A DNA stretch of 64,000 nt from Tetramitus jugosus. Its lineage: Eukaryota; Protista; Heterolobosea. The notes beneath the pieces were generated by a model, which did not search any database, was not told the origin of the DNA, and saw only the letters and a list, made by a program, of their open reading frames with translations. The position numbers were made by a program, and so were the translations under genes. Location: positions 395,823 to 459,822 of the forward strand of contig OW569377.1 in NCBI GenBank assembly GCA_937625935.1, read 5' to 3'. Shown here in pieces: positions 44,956-55,420 of the stretch (positions within the stretch are counted from its first letter, which is position 1; each line of letters starts with the position of its first letter).

Positions 44956-45165
44956 TAATGGTATCAATAGGACAGAATTTGACAAACATCAGAAAACTCA
45001 TACTCATCATCAGGTCACTCGCATTCACGATGTCCTTCAGAGTGTTTGTTTTCTGTGTTTTGCAAGTTTTTTTTGATGCTGAGCAGCAACTTTGGTGTTG
45101 GTTATGTCTTCTTTTGGCGCCTTTTCCTTGTTTTCCCATTTGTTCCTTGAGGCTTACCGTGCAAA

Positions 45166-45372
45166 TTGCAAAGGAAACGTGGAACCCAGTACTGTCACAT
45201 TCACCAAAACTACACCTCCAATGGACAATTCTATCAAATTGATGATGTTCTGGATTGGAAGTATCAAAATGGTTCTTGGTATGGTTATGTGAAGTGGAAG
45301 GGATTCTACTTGGCATGTTCATGGGAACAATTTGAATTGGTCCCTGGAGGGTGGAGAGTTGTTAATCAATGA
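45166..45372 (+). pseudogene. Chromodomain-like fragment
   Basis: FYQIDDVLDWKYQNGSWYGYVKWKGFYLACSWEQFELV fits the chromodomain consensus (Y.Ve.Il....YLVKWKG....WE). Confidence 0.6.
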
Positions 45373-46098
45373 TAAACAACCTTACAGAAAATATTTAGAC
45401 AACAGAAAGATGACGTTACTCGTTTGGCAAATGCTTTATTTCTTCTTGGGTGGTTCAATCTCGCGTCTTGAAAGAAAACGTCCATCGTCCATCCTCTGAA
45501 CCAATACACACAACAACCGAAATCATCTACTGGAGGAGACTCCAATATGAAACTCTACCAAGTATTGCATCTTTGACTCAGAACTTGTTTAATGACAACG
45601 TGTGGATGACTCATCATCCAAGTGTGTTTTTGTATTCTCCAGAGAGATTCAATGTTCCTGTCAACTAGCCCAAATAAAGAAGCCCGAACCTCCGCCGCAG
45701 AGAAATCACAAAGCACGAAAGCGTTGCTTGTAACCGAGAATTCACAGTATTGTGGATGATTAACACTTGTGTATGGATTCTGATGTTTTTTGATCGACCC
45801 ACATCTTGCTTCTTTTTTCTCAAACAAAAATCATTTTATACGAGGAGCTGGTAGACCGCCACCTTAAAATTTTCTAGAAGAAGAGGAGCAATAATTGTAC
45901 AGCTCACCACAATGCCAACAACAGTTCTTCTCACGAGACAACAGAAGAAGAGTGGACTTCAAAAACACCTGGCATGTTCACTTTTGCGAAGAAGGGAGAT
46001 AGAAAAACGAGGTTTCTGGCGTTGTACTTGAGGAACGCACTCACAATAAACTTGAGTGAATACATCGGTTCGAGAGAGCTTTTATTTTTTTCGCTTCT

Positions 46099-47682
46099 TC
46101 AAAATTCGTCATCACCATCGTCAGAGTAATCATCTCCCGATCCATCACTCTCTTCCTCACTTTCAGAGTTCACAACTGCTCCCCTGTTGTTGCTTCTCCC
46201 AGAGGTTTGGTCGTCGCTCTCTTCCTCCTCGTCATCGTCTTCTTCGCTCTCGTCACTGCTATTGTACATCATGGCTGCCTGGTTGACTCTTTTCTGGTGA
46301 TTGGCAGGATTGCCATTGCTTGGCTGGTTTCCAACACTATTACTATGCTGATTCATGGACATACTCTGTCTCATTTGGGAGTTTACATTCTTGTCGACTA
46401 CCACCATTCCTGAGGCTGCTGCAGAGGGATTGGATAGTGGATCTCTGTGAGGCCTTCTGCCACTTGCTGCTCTGGGTCGTCTTGAAATGTTCTGATTCAT
46501 GGGGGATTCTTCATCACCATCGTCTTCTTCCTCGTCATCTTCGTCGTCATCTTCATCGTCTTCGGATCCATCGGAAGCACTGTCTCCATATTCCTGTTCC
46601 ATGTCACCAAATTGGTGATCTCCTCTCATGATGGCCAATTCCTCTTCCTTCATCTTCTTCCTCAGAACTGCCAACCTCCTTCCATTTTCTTCCATGGCCT
46701 CTGCTTCTGCTTTCCTGTATTTGTCAAGTTCATTCTCTAGGTACTCAATGTTTCTGTATCTCTCAACATACTGTGTGTACAACTCTTGAAGCTCTTTCTC
46801 TCGACCTTCGAACTCATCCATAAAACCAGGTCTGAATCCTTGCATACGCAGCAATCTTTTCTTTGAACGAGCCAAGTCGGAGCTCTTTGTCTTTAACTTT
46901 TCCTTTAAACTATCTTCGTCTTTCCTCAAACTATTGATGTTGTCTGTCATGCTGCTAATCATTTCGTTCGCTTCAATATTTTTCTTCGATATAATGTGTT
47001 TAATTTGGTCAATATTGTGAGGTTGAGAAATTGCCATCTGCCTTTCTTTTCTCAAATCCAACTCTTCTTCTAACAAGTCGTACAGCTGAGATCCCAAGTC
47101 GGTCAATTCTGAAGCAACAATCCGAATATTCTTTACATTGTCTTGAAATCGACTGCTTCGTAGTTGAATAGAATTGATTTCTTCGTCCTCTTTGTGTGAA
47201 GAAGCTATTAGAGTAGCTGTATTCAGAACTGTTGCTAGCTTAAGCAATTCTTTCACTGCATAACCGTCAGCACCGTATAATTTCTTGATATTTAACTTAA
47301 TTCTAGCTTTGTAGTACTGAGGGCGATGGCAAAGCAACATGGTGAATAGGAAGTACCTTCGAGAAAAGGATGAAACAACTGGGTCATTGTACATACCACT
47401 AGTTGAGCAATGGATTTCAGGAACGCGATTCGATCGCTCTCTGTTGCAATTGAATCAGGAATATCAACATTTTGGTCATATCTCTGCACCAACCAATACA
47501 GTATATCAGAGACAAGCACGAAATTAGGTGTCCGAAAGTTTTCCATCGATATCAATCGAGGATAACCCAAATTTCGCATAATCTCGGTAAAATCTGCAAG
47601 GTATTAGTTCACACTTATCTTCTGTTCCTTTTTCATATCGATTTCATGAGCCATACTTACTTCTCAGTTCTCGAAACGACAT
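46099..47682 (-). CDS. CLUAP1: Clusterin-associated protein 1 / IFT38; introns 47594-47660 and 47317-47396
   Basis: [61 protein letters not shown], acidic tail ending DDEF. Confidence 0.95.
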
Positions 47683-47941
47683 TTTGTGAGTCTTCCTAGA
47701 ATTTCTGAAGTTTAATGGACCAAGCGAGGAGAATTCGGAACTCTCTTCTCTTCTTGGCCATTAGTCTGTAAACCATGCTGGCGGGAAAAAAATACCCCTT
47801 CACTCAAATCGTTGAACGTGTGTGTGAAAGTCGCATTGTGCAGTTCCTCATCAGGAGTAAAAGGGCACCTTTCCAACACGGCAGCACAAATTGGAAACAC
47901 ACCAATCAAACACAGCAACCAACCACAAACAACCAAACATC

Positions 47942-48835
47942 ATGTCTGCCTATGGTTCCAGAGATGGCTCTCTATTAGATGATAATGTGGATGCTTCCTA
48001 CATCCCATATGAAAGATCTTCTCTTCTTGATAACTCTTCATCATCCAACAACAAGCAAACAAGTCAAGGTAGTTCCATTCTATGGAAAATCATCTGCTCC
48101 ATCCTTGTTCTGTTTGCTTTCTTGGTGATTGTCGGAAGTTTGATTGTTCCTATCATTTTGCGCGCCAAGTGCAAGCGAATGAGTCAACAGACTAGCAGCA
48201 TGATTGCTACCAATGAGACACACTCAACAGCTCACATTCAAATTCACACTATTGGTCATTTGAACATTGCCCCACAAATAATGAAAGACAACTTTTTCGA
48301 AGGAAATGACACAAAAACAGGTGACTATGCATATCAAACAAAGAGAAAATCAGTGACAAGATCTGCAAGAGGCGATTTCCAAACATTTATTCAAAAGAAT
48401 GGAACTGTTTTGTCTGTGAGCTCTGTGGACACTGTTGGTAAGAGAACTTTGGCTTGCAAATCATTTGAATCAACATTGTTTGTTCCTACTGGAGATGTTT
48501 CATCCGAGGGAGTATCACTTGACGTTCAATTCCATAAGAATAGCACTGTTGTACCACAATTAACCATTGCACGTGATGTTACATTTGTGCACATTGACAC
48601 AAATTCATTGAATGGTAACACCAATGTTGTTTTGAATGTGGAGGCTTATGCCGGAGCAAACATTGTGTTGCACACTGAGAGTGGAATGTTCAATGTGGCC
48701 AGCAATGGTAACATTGATATCATTACTCAAACAAACACCAAGATTGAGGCTGTTGTCGTTGGAAATCCTCCAGTCGTTGTCCAAACGATTACTCTGCGGT
48801 CCACCAGCGGTAACATTGCCATCACTGCCAATTAA
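47942..48835 (+). CDS. Type II membrane protein with beta-rich ectodomain
   Basis: Cytosolic N-terminus, one TM helix (IICSILVLFAFLVIVGSLIVPIIL) and multiple N-x-S/T sites. Start taken at ATG 47942. Confidence 0.7.
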   Translation: MSAYGSRDGSLLDDNVDASYIPYERSSLLDNSSSSNNKQTSQGSSILWKIICSILVLFAFLVIVGSLIVPIILRAKCKRMSQQTSSMIATNETHSTAHIQIHTIGHLNIAPQIMKDNFFEGNDTKTGDYAYQTKRKSVTRSARGDFQTFIQKNGTVLSVSSVDTVGKRTLACKSFESTLFVPTGDVSSEGVSLDVQFHKNSTVVPQLTIARDVTFVHIDTNSLNGNTNVVLNVEAYAGANIVLHTESGMFNVASNGNIDIITQTNTKIEAVVVGNPPVVVQTITLRSTSGNIAITAN

Positions 48836-49013
48836 ACATGAATTTACTCATAGAATCAAGTCGTCTTGTGTTATCTTCATTCACACCACAACACCAGTCA
48901 AGTCACAAACTCGAAAAATCCCGAGTTCGAACAACGTGAACGAAACACTTTTTGCCGGGACATCCGGATCGGACAATTTTTCACACAAGAAAATTACTGA
49001 AAAAACGAAGCGA

Positions 49014-50088
49014 ATGAACAACAACGAAACCCTCGAGGAGTCATCGTCGATAGGAACAACGAGTACGACAATAACAACAACAACCAATAAAAACAATGGT
49101 AAAAAGAGCGGGTGCTGCGGTGGCGGCAACAATCGATCATCCAACTTGAACACTGATGACTCTGCTGTCATTACAGACAACAACAACAATGACGCTCAAA
49201 ACAAGAAGAATAAGGAAAATATTTTCACAAATTATGATTATTTGTTTAAGGTCATTCTGATTGGAGATAGTTCAGTAGGTAAGATTAATAGATTTAGTTT
49301 TTCACTTGGTGATAGTACATGATAATCAACATTCTTTTCTATGATTCTTTTTGTTGTTTATTGGTTGTTGTTGTTTGTCAATTGGTTACGATTGAAGGCA
49401 AGAGCTGCTTCCTGCAGAAAATGGTTGATGGAAAGTTTGTTGGAGATTTTTTGTCCACTATTGGAGTTGATTTTGTATGTATAACAGCTGTTGGTTGTTG
49501 GTTGTTGCTAGTACATGTCGTCTCTCATTCGACAAAAGTGAGTGATAGAGACTGATTGAGATGCTTAAGCTTTCACTCGCTTAACAATTTTAATTTAAAA
49601 CAATCTATTCACATTCCATTTGTTATGTATGTTGATTTTATTGTTGTGCCCGATAGAAAATAAAAGTCATGGATATGGAAGATAAAAAAGTCAAGATACA
49701 AATATGGGACACTGCAGGTCAAGAGAGGTACAGAAATTTGACTAGATCATACTACAGGAATTGTAATGGCATTGTTGTCATGTACGATATCACAAAACAA
49801 CACACTTTTGATAGTTTGAAGGGTTGGATATCGGAAATTACAAATTCTGGCAATTCAGATATACCCATACTGCTACTGGGCAACAAAAGCGATTTGTCAA
49901 ACCGGAGAGTGATATCGACAGAACAAGGGTCCGAGTTTGCAAAGACACATGACTTACAATTTCATGAGATTAGTGTGAAGACATCAGAGAATTTAGAGCA
50001 GGAGTGCATGAATAATTTTGTAAGACGCATGATTGAATTTTATGCGAAAGACCACGTGCAAGACAATGAAGAAATATGTGCCCATTAA
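49014..50088 (+). CDS. Rab-family GTPase (Rab1/Rab8-like); introns 49279-49397 and 49475-49656
   Basis: YDYLFKVILIGDSSVGKS, STIGVDF, WDTAGQERY, GNKSD assembled across GT-AG introns. Confidence 0.9.
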
Positions 50089-50564
50089 AACTTGCTATTA
50101 CTTTGAGCAGTTACCTTGTCTATTATTGTTACTGTCGACACTACACCTACGCTCGAAGAAAACAAATGACTCGAAATTTAGGGTTGTCGATTCCACAAAG
50201 TCCAGGATCAACAAGATGAATTTGAGCCAAGACGCTTCTTTTCAGAGATACTCAATCCTCGGACTGGATGGAAGTTGCGATTTATCTAAAAAAGCTGCAG
50301 TATTTTCTGGTTCCTGGATAATTTCTTTTTGTAAAAACAACAATGTGAAGTCGTGAAGGAATATCTTTTGTTGGGCCCTCTCTAAATACGGCCCCAGCCC
50401 AGCACAGGAATCAAGAGGGGTCCGAATCATGATTTACTGTTGTAAGCTTTGTAAAGCTTCTAGTTCATTCAAACGGAGTCCAATCATCCTTTCAAAGAGC
50501 TTAAGATTAAAACTCACGGGCCCACGACTAAATCAAATAAAAAGAACTAACACACCTATTGATA

Positions 50565-51154
50565 ATGAATAGATCACAATTGTTGATTGTAGCCTTCTTT
50601 TTGATGTGTGTCACAAGCATATCCGCGCTGGAATTTATTAAAATGTCAGATTCAGTCGAATACAACATTGACCTAAACTTCAATGACAGTGACGAAGCGT
50701 TCTACTTTGAGATTAATGAGCCAAACCATCTCACATATGTTGAACTTTATGAAGCCAGCAGAAATTATACTGGAGCAGCACCAACCGAAGACCCATTTTG
50801 CGCAGCGTTTTCTTACCAATCGAAGTGTGTACTACAAGACAGGAGGGAAGCACCGTGATTGTAAAAAATGATATGAAACAAATTTTTACCAATCCTGTTT
50901 CATGTAAGCATTACATAAGGGTCAATCCTGCCCCGCAAATTGATCAAGAACCGATTTCCGAGGGATCTTATTGTCGATTAACACTTGTGTACGTTCGACG
51001 AGATAGGATCGCGGAATACATGAATGATTTTTGCGATGCTGCAATTTGTACAGCTGCACCCAGTTCAAGTGGTTCTTCAACAAATGGTTCAATTATGTTA
51101 ACACCGAACTATACTTTCCTGTTCGTTGTCCTAGCATTGTTCATCTCATTGTGA
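50565..51154 (+). pseudogene. Secreted, probably GPI-anchored protein, frameshifted near 50828
   Basis: The signal peptide is in ORF 50559-50858, while the Ser-rich linker and hydrophobic C-terminus are in overlapping ORF 50798-51154. Confidence 0.5.
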
Positions 51155-51284
51155 ATAAAGAAGAATTATTGGACCCCAATGAGTATCAAATCTCATTGTT
51201 TTTTTGTTGATTTTGTTTGGGAAAACAAGATTTGGAAATCAAGAGGTTTTTTGTGTGAAAGATTACCACAATAAAAACGAAAGC

Positions 51285-51929
51285 ATGTCTCCCACAAACT
51301 CCCAACTTCACATTCGGAGGGCAACAAAGGATGATGTCACTCTTCTCACACTCATCGGCAGCCAAATGTATCGAGACACCTTTGACAATCAAAATACTGA
51401 AGAAAATATGAGAGCCTATTGCCAAGTGGCTTTTGGTCATCAACAACAATTGACTGAATTGTTAGATTCACGGAACATCATCATATTCGTCGAAGTTGAT
51501 TGGTGTGCTGATGTAGAAGATTGCATCCGAACAACATCAGGTGAAGAACGTTTACAATTGTTGAAGAACAAGTTTACAAGCAGGAATAACGAACAACTGG
51601 TACCTAGACTTGTGATAGCGTACAGTAAACTTACTCATAGCGCGGATGAGCCATTTCTTTCGTACAAACAGAATGATACAGTTGAGTTGTGTCGCTTCTA
51701 TGTTCTTCAAGAATGGCATTCAAGAGGGGTTGCTCACCGACTAATGCAAGAGTGTTTGAGAATTGCTCGTGAAGAATTAAGTTGTAAGTCCATCTGGTTG
51801 GGTGTATGGGAGCATAATCATAGAGCCCAAAAATTTTATGGCAAGTATAAGTTTGAATCTGTTGGTGAGCATGTCTTTCAGATGGGAGATGACGCACAGA
51901 CAGATTATGTTATGGAGTTGATTTTGTAA
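51285..51929 (+). CDS. GNAT acetyltransferase (PaiA/spermidine acetyltransferase-like)
   Basis: IRRAT, ELCRFYVLQEWHSRGVAHRLM, IWLGVWEHNHRAQKFYGKYKF, GEHVFQMGDDAQTDYVM. Confidence 0.88.
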   Translation: MSPTNSQLHIRRATKDDVTLLTLIGSQMYRDTFDNQNTEENMRAYCQVAFGHQQQLTELLDSRNIIIFVEVDWCADVEDCIRTTSGEERLQLLKNKFTSRNNEQLVPRLVIAYSKLTHSADEPFLSYKQNDTVELCRFYVLQEWHSRGVAHRLMQECLRIAREELSCKSIWLGVWEHNHRAQKFYGKYKFESVGEHVFQMGDDAQTDYVMELIL

Positions 51930-52581
51930 TGAAGGTTCCACTTTTGTATACTATCATCTTTTGCTTCTTCAAATGTTGATGTCATCAAAGCTAGTCTCAT
52001 TCAAGTCTTCATGGTGTTCTCTCGTATTTCCCTCCCTTTGCCTTCTTGGCTTTCCGCAGCGCACCTCTGCCGTCGACTTCCTCCGCGGTGCTCAGTGATC
52101 CCTAGGCATCCTGAGGCTGCTTTGTACTCATTTCAAAAAGGACCAAAGTATCACACTTTGCTGGTGATTCAGTTGGTTGTTAGTTGTACTGCCTCGGTGG
52201 CATTGTTGTGTGGGTGCAAGCTAAAATTGATTACTAATTTAATGTTTACAACTCCGAACATAGTTGGGTACCTAATGAATTCAGTTTCATTTCCACTCTC
52301 ACTGATTTGTAAAAGTTCTTATGGAAGTGTGGGGTAGGCAAGTGGGGTGGGTAATTTAGGAGTAGTATCTTGAAGTCAACAGCTCTTGTTGTAAGATTAA
52401 AAAAATGCATTTTCCCCTTGACAGCACAAAGCACAGAAGAGGTCCACAAAATACATGTATTTCTTTTTTTCTGGTATGCTTCGGGTGTTTAGAGAATGGC
52501 AAGGCATTCAGACGAAGATCTGCGGTCGTGAAATTAGAAACCAAAAACCTTGCGAATGGGATCAAACAAAAAGAAAAAAAG

Positions 52582-53913
52582 ATGTCCACACAATCGGCTC
52601 GTAAGTATGATACCCCAAGTGAGAACAACCATACAGCTATCAAACGAAGGAGAATCAATGAAAGTGAGGAGAATGATTACGTAGGGATGGGAATTTGTTC
52701 TTTTCTCTGCAGGGATGTCTGGTCAAAACTCATCGAGTATTGTGACACTCGAGAGTGGTTGCAATTGAGTTATACTTGCAAAGGAATCAATCAATTCAAC
52801 TTCAATCGATTGCTCATGTTCAACAAGACGAGGACACTAAAACGCCTTTTAAGTAAGGAAGAGATTGAACACTGGTTTCGATTGGCTAAAGGAACACTGT
52901 TCAATGTCAACTTGAGCGGACATCCAAATGTGGTGAATCAACATTTGCAACTGTTGGAAGGCATTCACACGCTCTCTATGTTTTGTTGCACGAATATCAC
53001 AGATGACGCATTCACTTATTTGTCTGGTATTCATACAATCAATATACATGGTTGTGAGCAAATCACAGACAAAGCAATTCAATTTTTGACAGGAATTCAT
53101 ACACTCAATATGAGTTATTGTCACAAGGTTACAGGCAATTCATTTTGTCACTTGACTGGAATTCACACACTCGACATGAGTCATTGCAATCAAATCACAG
53201 ACAACGCATTTGCTTATTTGACTGGTATTCACACACTTTATATGCGTGATTGTGAGGGTATCACAGACAATGCATTTCGTCATATAGTTGGCATTCACAC
53301 GCTTGATATAAGTCATTGCCATCAAATTACAGATCAAGCCTTTTCTCATTTGGCCGGTATACATACACTCGGTATGGGAAATTGTGACAGGATAACAGGC
53401 GACACATTTTGTCATTTAGCTGGTATTCACACACTAAATATGAGTGGCTGCAAGAATGTATCAGACACTGCATTTCCTCATCTGACAGATATTCACACAC
53501 TTGATATTAGTTATTGTCATGAAATATCAGATCGAACCTTTGCTTGTTTGACTGGTATTCACACACTGAATATGAGTGGTTGCGAGCAAATCACGGATGA
53601 TTCATTCCGTTATTTGGCTGGTGTTCACACACTGGATATTAGTGGTTGTAAGAATATCTCAGACAATGCATTTCCTCATTTGGGAGGCATTCACACGTTG
53701 TATATGTTTGGATGTCAAAAATTGATCACAGACAAAGCATTCCTTTATCTGAAAGGAATTAACAAACTCAGTTGGACTGATTCTGAGCGAGACAATGCCT
53801 TTATAGAAAAAGTAGTTGGTTATTTCGAATCCAGTTCAACAATTACTATTCGAACGACTCAAAAGAATCTTCCACTAGATCAGGCGTGGATTGATTACAG
53901 TCAGGCATGGTGA
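52582..53913 (+). CDS. F-box-like plus 22-aa leucine-rich repeat protein
   Basis: LCRDVWSKLIEYCDTREWLQLSYTCK; about 12 tandem 66-bp repeats encoding GIHTLxMSxCxxITDxAFxxL. Confidence 0.85.
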   Translation: MSTQSARKYDTPSENNHTAIKRRRINESEENDYVGMGICSFLCRDVWSKLIEYCDTREWLQLSYTCKGINQFNFNRLLMFNKTRTLKRLLSKEEIEHWFRLAKGTLFNVNLSGHPNVVNQHLQLLEGIHTLSMFCCTNITDDAFTYLSGIHTINIHGCEQITDKAIQFLTGIHTLNMSYCHKVTGNSFCHLTGIHTLDMSHCNQITDNAFAYLTGIHTLYMRDCEGITDNAFRHIVGIHTLDISHCHQITDQAFSHLAGIHTLGMGNCDRITGDTFCHLAGIHTLNMSGCKNVSDTAFPHLTDIHTLDISYCHEISDRTFACLTGIHTLNMSGCEQITDDSFRYLAGVHTLDISGCKNISDNAFPHLGGIHTLYMFGCQKLITDKAFLYLKGINKLSWTDSERDNAFIEKVVGYFESSSTITIRTTQKNLPLDQAWIDYSQAW

Positions 53914-54106
53914 TTTCCATCACACAATTTGGACATCCAATGTACGATGTCGGTGACATTGAGACTACATGTGCAACTTTGAGGGAATCTGTGAGAACAA
54001 AGCATAAATGAGAACATAAGATTGCGAAATCTGAATCTTAGTGTAATGGATAGTGATAAATCAAATAATTGTATTTGTTGTCAGATCAGTCAATCTTTAG
54101 CATTAT

Positions 54107-55420
54107 TTATGCGTACTTGTGTAACTCTGGATCAGCTAGTAGCTTGTCCATGTGTACTCGAAGCAAACTGAGTTGAATAGATATAGTACCTTTTGTTTTT
54201 CCTTCCACAAGCTTAAAGACACCGTCCAGAATCGTAGGTATCTCACCAACAAAGTATGGAGTTTCATGGTGCTCAAACGCGATCGAGTACAGATCGAAGG
54301 ACGCCCATGATGTTGCAAATACGTCAGTACCAAACAGCACATTCATATCACTTGGTTTCACTTTGGGTGTCACAGTAATCCAGTCGATAAACGATTGAAC
54401 AAAAGCAGGAGTCACCTGATTAATCGCCCTGCGAGAAAAGGTGGCAGCGTGGGAAAGAGGAGATGTGATTAGTTCGTTGACAGTCATACGATCTGTTTGA
54501 CCATTCATAACCACATAACCAACATAATCGGAAGGTAAAGGTGGTTGTATCTTCTTCCGGACATTACAAGCATGTAACAGACAAGTCTTGGAGTTTGATG
54601 GAAGATCTCTCGCTTTAGTAATGAGCCTCCACAAGTGGGAACAAAGAGCGTCATTGGTACTGATCCATGAAGTGGTAGCTGTATTGGAATTAGCAGCCTT
54701 CTTCATTTCTTGCAATTCTTTGGCAGAAAACTCAATGAGTTTAGCGGTACACATCGGCAACTTAGCAAGCAACTCTTCATAATTTGGTGCCTCATCACTC
54801 TGATGCCAAAGAGGAAAAGAAGTCGGTGGAGGATTTACGCCAGATGAACGGATAAGTGTGCGATCAAGCACAGGTGGAACATATGGCTGATTGTTATGAA
54901 TGTTTGCCCATTTGTGCATAATCATAGAATTGGTTTCAGCATCACCGAGTTGATGAAGCATCTCTGAAACCAGAATGATACCACCACAAGTAAAGTAAGT
55001 GATCTGAACTTGCCAAACTGGATCATCTGGTTTGGTCCATTGTGTACAAATGCCCTTTGGCAATTGATCATAATCTCCCATGTCGAAATCGTCCAATCTC
55101 ATATCAGCATGTGCAACAATGAATGGAACTCCAACATCGTTACACTCAATGTACCATTTCCTGTCTTCCACATTCGCTGTTCCAGCCATCAGAGGGAAAT
55201 CAACGAGCAACTTGGCTAACGAAGCTTTCATGCTTTCTGGTCTCATAAAATTTGCATTCTTCTTTTCATTCTTATACACGAATTGAAAGTGGAATGATGT
55301 TGTGGGAGCAAGGTTATCAAACGGAGATAATTCGATGACTTGATGTTTGGATGGCTTAATCGGCTTGATGAACTCGAGAGATTGTCTTGTTACAATGGTA
55401 TCAGCAACGGGATGGGACAT
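54107..55420 (-). CDS. BAHD-type CoA-dependent acyltransferase (transferase family)
   Basis: LSPFD, LLVDFPLMAG, QITYFTCGG, HxxxD (HQLGD), STNDALCSHLW, NVRKKIQPPLPSDYVG. Confidence 0.88.
   Translation of the reverse strand: MSHPVADTIVTRQSLEFIKPIKPSKHQVIELSPFDNLAPTTSFHFQFVYKNEKKNANFMRPESMKASLAKLLVDFPLMAGTANVEDRKWYIECNDVGVPFIVAHADMRLDDFDMGDYDQLPKGICTQWTKPDDPVWQVQITYFTCGGIILVSEMLHQLGDAETNSMIMHKWANIHNNQPYVPPVLDRTLIRSSGVNPPPTSFPLWHQSDEAPNYEELLAKLPMCTAKLIEFSAKELQEMKKAANSNTATTSWISTNDALCSHLWRLITKARDLPSNSKTCLLHACNVRKKIQPPLPSDYVGYVVMNGQTDRMTVNELITSPLSHAATFSRRAINQVTPAFVQSFIDWITVTPKVKPSDMNVLFGTDVFATSWASFDLYSIAFEHHETPYFVGEIPTILDGVFKLVEGKTKGTISIQLSLLRVHMDKLLADPELHKYA

Larger units (their letters stand above)
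41791..45863 (-). mobile_element. Non-autonomous TIR DNA transposon carrying Fanzor1 and captured gene fragments; flanked by TTAA
   Basis: ggtggcggtctac (41791-41803) and gtagaccgccacc (45851-45863) are perfect inverted repeats. TTAA at 41787-41790 and 45864-45867. Confidence 0.88.

Noticed and set aside
52960-53760. Regularly spaced repeats resembling a CRISPR array
   Set aside because: They are 66-bp in-frame coding repeats of an LRR protein with no unique spacers.
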